A DNA stretch of 64,000 nt from Vairimorpha necatrix (lineage: Eukaryota). The notes under the pieces were generated by a model. That model was not told the DNA's origin. It saw nothing but the letters and a program-made list of their open reading frames with translations, and did no database searches. The DNA lies in contig CP142733.1 in NCBI GenBank assembly GCA_036630325.1, forward strand, positions 186,001 to 250,000, in the 5' to 3' direction. Of this stretch, positions 52,391 to 63,764 are shown in pieces. Position 1 is the stretch's first letter. Each line of letters opens with the position of its first letter. Position numbers and translations under genes: made by a program.

Positions 52391-52571
52391 TGTGGTATCC
52401 CACATGTCAAACATATCATTTTTGACATTTCTTGATTTGTTTACCCCGTAAACAAACAATAAAAAATTATAAAAGAAAATTCCATACTTCGGGGTATGGA
52501 AGGTATAAGAAGTAAACATTATAGGTTTAACTTATCTTTATTGGAGTTGTACTTCCGCAGGAGGTACGACA
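52391..52571 (+). mobile_element. Solo LTR of the 30521-34617 Gypsy family
   Basis: 181 bp, reverse-complement homologue of 30521-30701, TSD GTTTC. Confidence 0.93.
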
Positions 52572-52708
52572 GTTTCTAAACTCGAGTCCGCAATCCGACA
52601 AAATTATTTTTGGAGTACCATGTTTATTAATTATTAGTTTTTTCAATAGTATTTTTATGGGTTCCTGCTTCCTTGTTTTTCAAATGTTTTATATCTATCC
52701 ATTTACTG

Positions 52709-55431
52709 CAGAGGTGGGCAAATACTTTAAGGCTGTGGGCCAAAATGAATTTTTTAAAATGTCTCCCGGGCCGGAGTACTATTTCGGCTTTGCTTTACAC
52801 AAGCAAAAATTTTGGATGAAGTTTTTTTCCCTGCCCATTTTTTACAAAAATATTAAGTATCATTTCAATTAGAATAAAATATGTCAAGTACATTTTAAGG
52901 AAATATTATTATAAATAAATGGCTATTAGATAAACCACACAATAAAAGGTTTTATTTTGTTACTTAATTATGTCTTAACGATATTAATTATTTTATTTTA
53001 CACAAGTTATTACAATTTAACATTTATATTGCATCTCTAAATATAATAGTAAAAAAATTCAAAAAAGAAAAAAAAACATCAAACGTTAAAATAAATATTT
53101 AATGTTAATGCGAAACGTGAAATGTCGAATATTCATCCGACATTATTTCTTTAAAATTAGGTTCTAAATCACTTGTGGCAATCCTTAATACCGAGCGTAG
53201 ATTTTCGTCAGTAATTTGTAATCGATAGTTATTTTTCGTGTAAACCATTAAAGAAAAGGTTCTTTCACAAATATAAGTCGAACCAAATAAAACAAGATAT
53301 TTCTGAGCATAGTTCAAAAAATGTTTGAAATGTTCATTATTTAACGCGCCATAGAAAGCACTCAATTCGTTTGAGTGAAAATTTTCTTTTAGTAAATTAT
53401 TTGATTGTAAGTCAATTAGTTCTAGTTGAATTTCAACAGGAGCTTCTTGCACGTGAAATTGAAAGGATGGCTAATTAATGATAAAGGGTTTTCAATATCT
53501 TTGAAATCTTGAAATTTTCTTTGGAATTCAGCATGCAGGTCTTGTGTTATTGCACTATATTTAAAAAAATCTGTATTTTTTAATGATTCTCGCCTTGCTT
53601 GCAATAAGGGGAAATGATTTATTAATTTATTATTACAGTTTTCAGCAAATAAATTGAGTTTTGTCATATATGCTTTGACGTTTGAGTGCATATTGAAGGC
53701 GAATTGGTTTTTACCTTGTATATTTATATTTAGTTCATTCAAATATTTTACTATATCTACTAAAAACGAGAAATCGTTTAGCCAAGCCTCATTTTGCAAT
53801 ATAGGAAAATCTTGTAGTTTTTCTTTTATCGACAAGAATGATACTATTTCATCAAGCAAATATTGGAATCTATGTAAAACTTTACCAATGCTAAGCCATC
53901 TCACTTCAGTGTAATAGGGAATTTCGTAGTAGTCACTTTCAATTTCTTATAAAAATTCAAGAAACTGTCGATGATTTAAGGCACGTCCTCGGATAAAATT
54001 TACAACTTTGGTCACAACAGTAACGACGTGATTCAATTTCAAACTTTTCTGCATAGCATTTCTTGGTGAATAATGCAGTGCAAAAATAATATATAGTGTT
54101 CTGGTTGTAACTTTTTTACTTTGTCGCGTATTCGTTTAAGTAAGCCTATATTTTTCCCTGTTAAACTAGGACAGCCATCCGTAGTGACGCTTACTATTTT
54201 ATTCCAAGTTAAACTAACTTTAACTAAACACTCTTCAACAGCGAGAAAAAAGTCTTTACCAGTAGTTGTATTTTTCATTGGATGCACACTAAGAAGTTCC
54301 TCGCTAATTTCACATTTCCTATTAATGCCGCGAATAAATATTTATAATTGACTTGTATCAGTAATATCGCAGGGCTCATCTAAAGCCAGAGAACAATAGG
54401 TAAAATCAGCAATTTTTCTGCTTAGCTGGTCAAGTAAGTTTCCTGAAATATTTTCAATCCGACGTACTATCCTTCTTCAAGAAAGGCTTAGATTTTCAAA
54501 AATATGTTTCTTTTCAGGACAACATATCTCCGACACTTGTACCATGCATTGTTTAACAAATTCTGCTTCTTAAAACGGTTTAAGAACTTAGCAATTTTGT
54601 GTGCGACAGCATAACTTGCTTTTGTAGTAGATTTTACAATATTAATTCGTTTGGAAAAAAAAATTTGTTGCTGATTCAAGTTTTTTGTTAAGTTTTCAGT
54701 TATGTTTTGAAGTTCTTGTAAAGAAAGTGATGCATATTTTGGATGTTTTGTTGTAAAATGCCTGCTTAAATTGTATTCTTTGAAAACAGCAATTGTTTCC
54801 TGACAAACTAAACAAATTGCTTTCTTATTAATGTTTGTAAAAAGATATTTTACCGTCCAAGCTTCATTGAAGTTTCTGCATTCCAAATCAACTTTTCTTT
54901 TTTTAGTTTCTCTCATTTTAAAAGGGCTACAAAAAAAATAAATAAGTAAAAACAATAAAAAAAACGCCAAAGTTTTAAAAATTTACTTACAAAAAGTCCA
55001 CTTTTTCAATTTTATATATGCAAACCAATGGTAGATTCGAACTAAAAAAGAGTATGCGATCAGAATAAAATAATAATTAACAATACCTGGGCTGCGATCT
55101 GTCGTCCCCCAAATATTGAGAGGCTGAGAGGAGTGCAGCATATGTCGTCCACACATGCATTTTAAACCTAGCGCGATCTACTTTGTGTTCGATGAAACCC
55201 CCGCCATGAGAGCGATTGTCGAGAGTGACCCGCATCGTTCACACTAGTGTAATAAGCCAAACGCTTATTTTATTTCCCCTATTATATATACAGTCCGCAT
55301 ACTAATAATGTTTATGTCAACAAAATCTCATAAAGAGTTTTAAAAAAATTGCGTTAGAATTTTTCAGCGGGCCGGATAAAATTAGCAAAAGGGCCGGATC
55401 CGGCCCGCGGGCCGGCTTTTGCCCACCTCTG
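52709..55431 (-). mobile_element. hAT DNA transposon (SPIN/Charlie/GTF2IRD2-like)
   Basis: 14-bp TIR CAGAGGTGGGCAAA and perfect 8-bp TSD ATTTACTG. Inserted in the AIDYYSKW integrase motif of the old Gypsy. Confidence 0.95.
53105..54916 (-). pseudogene. Frameshifted hAT transposase
   Basis: KKRKVD...AICLVC...YNLSRHF (BED-like), VTTDGCPS, HCIIHQE, RWLS and FGSTYICERTFS motifs spread over four ORFs. Confidence 0.92.
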
Positions 55432-58400
55432 ATTTACTGTAATAGTCGATTGCTACTAAAATGAAATGATTAGTGCCATTATATGGGATTCGTTTTATCG
55501 AATCAACTTCCCAAAGTTTATTATGATTACTAGCTTCAATTGTCCTGTGTTTTGTATTTCTAAATTTATTTCCGTAATTTCAACAATTAATGCATTCGGA
55601 AACCAACTTTTCATAGTCTTTATATATGTCTTCTCAGAATTATTTTCCTCCGTTTGCGTTTTCATGTTGTTAATAGATCCATCCCAGTTTCTATATGATA
55701 GGCTTTAATATCTTCTCTTTTTCTTCTTTTATAAAGTCTTTAATGATACTTTAAATTCTTATTTCCTTGCTAAATATTCAACTATAGCCGTCCGCAATGG
55801 TATCTTCACCCTTTATGCATTCAACGTCAAATTTATATTCTTGTAACATCATTGACCATATTAGAATCTGACTTGTGGGGGGGGGGTTTGATTCCCATAA
55901 GTACGTTGGTGCTTTATGGTCAGTTTTTAACGTAAATTCATTCCCCAAAAGATAATGCCTATAGTCATTTATACCTTTAATAACAGCCATAAGTTCTTTA
56001 TCTGTAACTGAGTAATTTATTTGACAATCGTCGAATCTTTTACTACATAAAGAGATGGCTTCTTCTACAAATTATCGTCAGCTTGTGCAAGAACTGCACC
56101 TATTCCAATTTCAGACGCGCCTGTGATTAAGATAAATTTTTTCTAAAAGTCTGGTTGTTTTAATTCATCTCGCCGCTAAGAGCTTGCTTTAACTTGGAAA
56201 GCTTAATCTGTAAATCTTCTGACCAGTGTACTCTTTTTAGCAATTTTTCGTTTATCCCTTAAAAAGACTGAAGAATGGTCCTGTTAACTTGGCATAAGAT
56301 TCTACGTATTCGGGCAGTAATTCATTAACCCCAAGAATAACCGTAAGGTTTTGGGGCTCTATGGAAAGGGGTATTTTTGAAACGTATCAATCTTAGTGAG
56401 ATCGGTTTTTAAGTATCTCCTTGAAACAAATTCACTCGTATTTTAATTTCGTCTCTAAAAAATGTGAAATTTGATTTTTAGTACTATTCCTGTTTCTTTT
56501 AATTCCTTTAACACAATGAAAAGATGTTTCCCATGTTCTTTTTCGTTTTTTGAGAAGATGATTAAATCGTGAGATCGAAATAACAAAATCATTACATGAA
56601 TTTCCGATAAGTCTATCCATAGCTCTTTGAAAAGTAGCGGGAGCATTACATAATCCAAGAGGCATTCTGTAATATTCATATAGCCCGCTCTTTCGTAAAA
56701 ACGTTGTTTTCTTATTATCTGATTCATTCAAGCCTATCTGTTAGTATCCAGATGTTGCATCTAAGGTCGAAAATGTTCATGGCCCAGTTAGACTGTTTAG
56801 TATTTCATCAATTCGGGGTAACGGGTATTTATCTCTTATTGTTATTTTATCAGAGTTCGGAAGTCAATGCATAATCTTAACGATTTATCAGGCTTTTGAA
56901 CCGGGATGAATCTTGAACACTATAGGATATTAGATTTATTAAAACATCCAATTGTTGGTTCTTTCGAATGTCTTCAGTAATTTCTTGTTCATCATGTATC
57001 GGGATTCGATAGTTTTCCTAGTTTATAGGAGGATGGTCTCCTGTGTCAATAAAATGCGATGTTGCACCATAATCGGATTAGGTGCGATGGTTTCTCCAAA
57101 GCATCCGGAAAATTTAGTATTTATTTCGTTCTCTTTGGGACATATTTGTAAAGTGATTGGTTGGTTTATATTCTCGCTTTTACAAATAGTATCAGACCTA
57201 AATTATTTTTCTGTAAGGTCTGTTTCGATTTTCGTTTTAATCTTCTGCGTTGATGGAATATAATTTATTTTTGTTGGGGGAAGTTTCGGATAATTTTTTG
57301 TACCAAGCGTATGTATTTATTATTAACATCAGTTCCGAGAATAGAATAGTCAGGTAGCATTTTACATACAAACGGGTAGAATATAATTTCTTTATCGCAT
57401 ACTCTTAATCTGAGGTCCTTGATTTTACACATGATATTGATAAAAGAGCCCGAAGCCGATCTAATTTTAACGCTTGTTGTTGTTATTTTATTTTTATCAA
57501 ATATCTGGTTTATGTTTATCAAAGAGATGTCTGCACCTGTATCAAGTAGTGTCAAGTGAGGAGCTGCCTTTGAAAGGGTGGAATATATAAAGAAAGGGTT
57601 TCTTTTATAAGCGGATTAGAAATGTAAACGTTGAAGTCTTTGTTTTCTTGGTCAATGTTGCTATCGACTTTATTTATTTCTTCTGCCGCATTTGCCGACT
57701 TTCTTTCTTCCATCTTTTTTCTTCCAATTGCTTAACTATGCAGCAATCATCTGTTATGTGGATCCCATGCTTGAATAATGCAGAACAATTTTTTCCTGCG
57801 GGAACTCCGAGGCACTCTTTCTCTTTTCTGATATAATGTCTTAGTTCCAGTAGAGGATAACCTATTATTGATTCTTTCGGGAAATCCACCCAGGCCACCT
57901 CCTCCGCTTGTTGGACAAAGTTATTCCAGTTTGAAGCGATGCATGAATATTGATACGGCAATGTGTTAAGTTCTCGCGGGGACTTAGAAATAGTCATCCT
58001 TATTAGTAATTTAAGTGCAATGCAGTCTCTTTCAAATAAATCGGCGACATCTTCTAGTAGTTCTGAATAGTTTCATATTTATTCACCGATTTAATTGCTA
58101 AAAATGACCAAAAATCTCATCTGTATTCGTTTGGTTGCCGAACCGTTTTTTCAAACTTATTATTAAACTTCCTAAGGTAATATTAGCAATGTTCCCATTG
58201 GCCAACGATATCAAATACGCCTGGGCAATTCCTGTCAGTTTATTCATGATTAACCCTAAAATATTGTTCTCTAAAAATCCTGCAGTTTGGGCCAAGATTT
58301 TCACCTTTTTTAACCACATCTCAATGTCTTCGTCTCTATCTCCATTATATTCACAATTGCTTTCGTCACTGTCGTTATGTCAATATAAAAAAAATATTAG

Positions 58401-59440
58401 TTTTTCATCTCTTCCTTCCATCTTGCTTGGGGGTAAAATTCAAAAGTTTAAAATATTAAGAAGTGTCAAACTTATAAAACATGTAGCACCCCCTAGGCCC
58501 ATACGACACTTAGTAATTATAAAACAAGTTCGAAAACCATACAAAGAATTTTGTTTTTTTAGAAAATGTCTTTACTTTCAAAATATATCGTTTATGGGCG
58601 CGAAAATAAATTCGGTTAAAAATAGGGCGTGGGGAACTCCAGGCTGGAACCGATTCGGGGGGGGGGGGTGTTACTTTGAGTTTTAATAAAAAATGCCCTA
58701 CAATTTTTTTCCTTTTATACACAATTAAAGAGTTAGACCATTTGGTAAAAAAATTATGCAAGCGCAACCGATATCTGCCTGTTTTATAAGTCATCGTTAA
58801 AAGAATAAAAGACGTATTGAGGTGTTATGCAAATCTGATAGAAATGTAAGAAGTAGATATTTGATATGAATTGGATGTTTAAAAGAATACAAGATTCTTT
58901 GCGAGTATTTACGAAATATTTGGTAGCCAGTATTGCAGTTATTTTTGTTGATACAAACACAATTGAAAGATTATTGATCAGCAGTAAAACGACAAACACA
59001 GCAAAAATATATCGAACCCCAAAGTTCGGCTGTTAATAGTACGCTAATTATTGTTAAATAAGACATCTGACTAACTACTTAAGATGTTATATAACATTTT
59101 ACCTTGCATTTTTCTTGTTGGTCGGATTTCTAAAAAATATTTTTTTAAAAATTAAATTTACTCCCAAAAATACTTCCAACGAGGATTTTAACTGACAGAA
59201 CAAACCATAAAATATATTGTTGAGCCATAAGATATATAAATTTCTTACGATTGTTTAGAGTGGGAGTATTAATGTAAGAATATAAATATAATGCGAGTAA
59301 TTGTATTCTTGGATATTTTTCGAATATGGTTAGGTTTTATCGATATAAAATGATACATAGACCAACTGAAAAACTTGTCATAAAATGAAGAAGAAACTAA
59401 AAAATAATTTTTAAATAAAATATAACTTCGGTAATATCTT

Positions 59441-62400
59441 TGTCGAATGTTCCTTTATTTACGAATTGCATGGGGGTGAAAATATATAATATTTATAGAA
59501 GGATACGACACCTCTCCCCCCTAAATTGAAGTATCTGCTTTAACTCGTGTTTTGTTAAGCCTGTATACTTTTCCATTCTTTTTTACCACATAGGCATCGG
59601 GTAAAATTATTTCTGTGATCACGTATCCATCTTCCCAATTGCACTTGAACTTCCCGCTTTTGGTCTCACGATATATTAAAACTTTATCGCCCACGTTTAG
59701 CTTTTTCGCCACCTCTACTTTCCCTTTCACGATTGCTTTTTTGTACTTTTCGAAGTTTTCATCGCGCTTACTCTTCGTTTCCTCCGCTGAGAATGTCACT
59801 TCTTCCTTGTCTAGCGCTTTGTCTACAGACAGCATCGGCAATTTATTCTCCCTTAACATGAACGGCGATGTTCCTATGCTCCGATTATAAGACAGGTTGA
59901 GGCATCTCGTGGCTTCTGGGAGCTTGTTCTTCCAGCTTACCCTTCCGAAATCTGTAATTTTATTTAGTATCTTCATTAACGTCTGATTCGCTCTTTCTAC
60001 TGCGCCTACAGTTTCGTGATGTTCTGGTGAACTGTATTGCCAGTCAATACCGTTCTTTTCGGCCAGGTCTTTGATGTCAGAATTTATAAATTCTAGCCCG
60101 TTGTCAGTCAAGATTCTTTCTGGAATGCCGTGTTTCTCGATAATCAATTGCTGGATTAATCCCATTATTTTCGACCCTGTTTTATAGTTAATAACAGCCG
60201 TCTCGACCCATTTAGAGTAGTGGTCAATAGCAATGAATATGAAGCTGTTTTGACTCGAAGTGTCGCATATGCGTCCTATGAGATCTATAACCCATATTTG
60301 GTTCGGCCTCTCTGATCGTATAACTTTGTTTTTTGTGTTTCGTAATGGGTATCCCGATTTCAAGCACGTTTTACACTTTTCTACGTGTTCCTTGATGTCC
60401 TTATGCATTCCTGCCCATTTGTACCTTTGTGAAATCATGAAGCTCATCGTACTAGCGCTAGCATGTCCAACGTCTAGATGGTAGGATTCTAAGATCTTCT
60501 GTCTGTCTTCATCGCTTGGTCCTGTAGCTTCGATGATATTTATATCTTTCTCTGTCGGGTTTTGTCTGCTTAACCCGTCTGCTCCATTAACCTCTCCTTT
60601 TATGTAGGTTGATTGAAATGCATACTCCTGCAACTTCATTGCCCACCTCAGCAATCTACTGGTAGGGTTCTTAGCTTCCCATAGATAAGTCAGCGCTTTG
60701 TGGTCCGTCTTCAATATGAACTCTCTACCCAGGAGGTAGTGTCTATAGTTCTCGATGCCTTTTACAACGGCCAAGAGTTCTTTGTCTGTTGTAGAGTAGT
60801 TCTTATGGGCTTTCTCTAAACTTTTGCTGAATGCACTTACGAAGTGCTCCTTCCCATCATCTCCAATCTGTGAGAGGATCGCGCCTATTCCCTGCTCTGA
60901 CGCATCCGTAGTCAGTATAAACGGTTTCCTGAGATTAATCTTGTATCTTATTGTCTCTTCTGTGAGAAGTCTCTTTAGATCTTCGAATGCCCGTTTCTCC
61001 TTTTTGCTGAGAGAAATACTCTTAACACTTCGCTTTGACTCTCCTTTAAACAGTTCGTAGAGAGGGGCTGCTATCGCTGATAAGTTACGGATGAACTCCC
61101 TACAGTAATTTATGAGCCCAAGAAACGACCGTAGTTGAGCAATATTAGTCGGCTCCTTATACTCGTTTATGGCTTTGACCTTCTCTGGGTCCGGTTTGGT
61201 CGTCTTGTTTGTTACTATATTCCCTAGAATTTTAATTTCTTCTTTGAAGAAGTGGCACTTCTTCCTGTTAAGTGCGATTCCTGCTGCCTTAAGCTTACCC
61301 AATACGATTTCCAAGTGTTCATGGTGTTCCTGGTGATTTTTAGAATAGATAATAATGTCATCCAAGTATGGTATGACGAATTTTCTGTTTTCTTTCACAA
61401 AAATCTTATCCATAGTTCTCTGAAAAGTAGCAGGGGCATTACATAGCCCAAACGGCATCCTGTTAAATTCATAATGTCCTCCTCTCCAGCTGAATGCTGT
61501 CTTCTCCTTGTCTACTTCTTCAAGGGCTATCTGATAATATCCCGACGTAGCATCTAATGTCGAAAAGATAGTAGCGTCAGCTAGATCGTCGAGAATTTCA
61601 TCAATTCGTGGGAGGGGGTATTTATCTTTGACTGTTATCTTGTTGAGCTCTCTGTAATCTATACAGAGCCTGATCGACCCATCAGGTTTCGTTACCGGAA
61701 CAACTCTACTGTTCCAGGGGCTCCTACTATTTCTTATTACGCCCAACTGCAAGTTCTTCTTGATCTGTTGTGTGATTTCCTCTTCAAAGTGCAGAGGGAT
61801 CTTTCCATTTTTCTGGTAAATTGCCTTCGCTACTGTTGTCTCGATTTGATGTTTCCCCATGTTACAAAGTGTAAGCTCTGAAATTTCAGTTTTGAACATT
61901 TCATGGTATTTCTCTTCGATTGAGATGTAATTGACTTTGTTAATCAGTGAGCCTTTCTTGACTGTATTGGCGAATTTTCTGATCAGTTGTTCCAGTAATA
62001 TGGGGTTCGTTCGTATAGCGTCAACACCTAAGATTATGTAGTCCGGTGTCCGTTCTGTGACGTAAGGGCTGAAAGTAATTGAAGTGTTTTCCGTCCTAAA
62101 ATTGATATTTAGACATCTTCCTGTAATCTCCAATGGTGTCCCTGATGCTGCTCGTATGATCGTTGAAGATCTGGTAAATCTGATATTTGTCCCTTCGAGG
62201 ACTCTTGCGGGTATCAGGGAGACATCAGCTCCGGTATCAATTAATGCTCGATGTCGTTTACAATTGAATTCTACGTTTATGTAGCAAGGGTTAGTGAAAC
62301 AGCTGTTGATCTTGTAGTTTTCTATGGTGTAGGGTATATTTCCCTTCTTCGATGGTGCGACCTTCAAAGTCCTGTTATCTAGTGTCTCGTCCGTATTAGT

Positions 62401-62985
62401 CGTGTTACTTTTCATAGGGAATGCTATCCAAGAAACTTCCTCTGTGCGCCTCAGGAATTCACTCCAATCTTGGCATTGTCTAGCAAAATCATAAAGAATT
62501 GATTTGAGGACTGAAGGAGACTTCTTGATTACTATGAGGCTGACTGCTTTGTACTCCATTGTTTGTTGCTCTATAAGTGAGTTTCCTTTCCTGCAGAAGT
62601 CTATGAAAGCCTCTAGGATGCCAAATTGTTGCGGTTTAACAAACTCGTCTAGAGTGGCCAGAGTTTTCTGTGAACTGTAAAATCTCAATTTTAGACTCTT
62701 AGTAACCTCTGCCAGATCAAGTTCTGACACCCGTTCAAATCCCATTGCTATCCATGAGAGAGCTGGCCCCCGTAGACCCAGGCAGATAAGTCTGGCGGTC
62801 TGATCTTCTGTCAGTCCCATAACCCTCGCCGTGAACGTTGTGTCACGCAACCATGTATTTATATCCTCTTCCTTCTTTCCACTGAAGCAGCCAACAGTTT
62901 TTATCGCTGTCGCCATGTCGAATGTTCCTTTATTTACGAATTGCATGGGGGTGAAAATATATAATATTTATAGAAGGATACGACA
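59441..62985 (-). mobile_element. Intact minimal Ty3/Gypsy LTR retrotransposon, 3545 bp, 70-bp LTRs
   Basis: Identical LTRs 59441-59510 and 62916-62985 (TGTCG...CGACA), TSD ATCTT. PBS TGGCGACAGCG follows the 5' LTR directly and PPT AGGGGGGAGAGG precedes the 3' LTR. Confidence 0.97.
59521..62946 (-). CDS. Single Gag-Pol polyprotein (Gag, protease, RT, RNase H, integrase), 1141 aa
   Basis: IDTGAD protease, MPFGLCNAPATFQ and YLDD RT, TDAS...ADGLSR RNase H, HLDVGH...CKTC and D,D(35)E (IDL, TDNG, VERAN) integrase. Uninterrupted. Confidence 0.96.
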   Translation of the reverse strand: MQFVNKGTFDMATAIKTVGCFSGKKEEDINTWLRDTTFTARVMGLTEDQTARLICLGLRGPALSWIAMGFERVSELDLAEVTKSLKLRFYSSQKTLATLDEFVKPQQFGILEAFIDFCRKGNSLIEQQTMEYKAVSLIVIKKSPSVLKSILYDFARQCQDWSEFLRRTEEVSWIAFPMKSNTTNTDETLDNRTLKVAPSKKGNIPYTIENYKINSCFTNPCYINVEFNCKRHRALIDTGADVSLIPARVLEGTNIRFTRSSTIIRAASGTPLEITGRCLNINFRTENTSITFSPYVTERTPDYIILGVDAIRTNPILLEQLIRKFANTVKKGSLINKVNYISIEEKYHEMFKTEISELTLCNMGKHQIETTVAKAIYQKNGKIPLHFEEEITQQIKKNLQLGVIRNSRSPWNSRVVPVTKPDGSIRLCIDYRELNKITVKDKYPLPRIDEILDDLADATIFSTLDATSGYYQIALEEVDKEKTAFSWRGGHYEFNRMPFGLCNAPATFQRTMDKIFVKENRKFVIPYLDDIIIYSKNHQEHHEHLEIVLGKLKAAGIALNRKKCHFFKEEIKILGNIVTNKTTKPDPEKVKAINEYKEPTNIAQLRSFLGLINYCREFIRNLSAIAAPLYELFKGESKRSVKSISLSKKEKRAFEDLKRLLTEETIRYKINLRKPFILTTDASEQGIGAILSQIGDDGKEHFVSAFSKSLEKAHKNYSTTDKELLAVVKGIENYRHYLLGREFILKTDHKALTYLWEAKNPTSRLLRWAMKLQEYAFQSTYIKGEVNGADGLSRQNPTEKDINIIEATGPSDEDRQKILESYHLDVGHASASTMSFMISQRYKWAGMHKDIKEHVEKCKTCLKSGYPLRNTKNKVIRSERPNQIWVIDLIGRICDTSSQNSFIFIAIDHYSKWVETAVINYKTGSKIMGLIQQLIIEKHGIPERILTDNGLEFINSDIKDLAEKNGIDWQYSSPEHHETVGAVERANQTLMKILNKITDFGRVSWKNKLPEATRCLNLSYNRSIGTSPFMLRENKLPMLSVDKALDKEEVTFSAEETKSKRDENFEKYKKAIVKGKVEVAKKLNVGDKVLIYRETKSGKFKCNWEDGYVITEIILPDAYVVKKNGKVYRLNKTRVKADTSI

Positions 62986-63764
62986 ATCTTATTCATTGTT
63001 GTTGGGAATATATATTTGGGATAATTGCCCCCGGCTTATAATTATCTTTAAAATGGTTAAGAATAAAATATTATTGACCTTAGACAAAAAAGACGAATGT
63101 TGTTAGTTCAGTCAAGCCATATGACGTAAAAATTACAGTATATGTTAGAATGAGGATGGCTGCTTGTCTTATTCAGAGAGGAGAAGGCTTCCATCAGTCG
63201 AGGGACCATATAGGTGAAGACGTATAGAAGCTGCAAAGAGCTGCAAAGAAACAGTATTGAACGTAATAAGTTCTGGTATAAGACATGTACAGATGTAGTG
63301 TAGTGGTACATTCCACAATTCACATTTAAGTTATCTTGGTAAGATAGCTGAATTTCCAGTGTTAAAAATCCCGAGAGACTTAAGAAGAGAGTAAAATAAA
63401 AAAAAACTGTGTTATAGTTGAAGAATAAGAAAAGCGGATAAAATCCGGCTCCGTTGTTGGGAAGACATGTATAAAGAAAAATCCTATGCCCAAAGACTTT
63501 ATGTATTAAAATAGGGGAATAAAATACCGTAAAGACAACTACAAGAAAACATAGTAGGACGCGAAAGAGTAGAGCGCAGCCCATGGTCAGTTAACATAAT
63601 AATGCACTAAGTTTCGAGAAGCAGGTAGTAGGCGTAGGAAGTTGTAAAGATAATTACATCATTTAGTTCTAAATTTAGCGCGGGATGTTCAGAATATATA
63701 TTTAATAAATTTACCCTTAACTTACAATTATCTTAAACAGTACTAAAAAAATAAAATTTTTATA

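Larger units (their letters stand above)
50992..58508 (-). mobile_element. Old degenerate Ty3/Gypsy element (~3.9 kb net) hosting three nested insertions
   Basis: Diverged LTRs 50992-51124 and 58370-58508, flanks CTTAT/CTTAG, PPT-like GGGAAGGAGA next to the 3' LTR. Gag (58098), protease LLDTGAD (57265-57555), RT (56432-56731), RNase H (55778-55990) and integrase remnants are collinear once the insertions are removed. Confidence 0.85.

Noticed and set aside
58590-58675. GC-rich patch with poly-G as a possible element end or G-quadruplex
   Set aside because: No matching partner end or TSD was found, so evidence is insufficient.
59615-62284. Short plus-strand ORFs within the Gypsy and hAT elements
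   Set aside because: They are antisense shadows of the long coding frames.
63108-63584. 158-aa hydrophobic ORF
   Set aside because: No recognisable motif. The hydrophobicity is expected from the antisense of purine-rich sequence, and the plus strand looks like an eroded ORF. Left uncalled.
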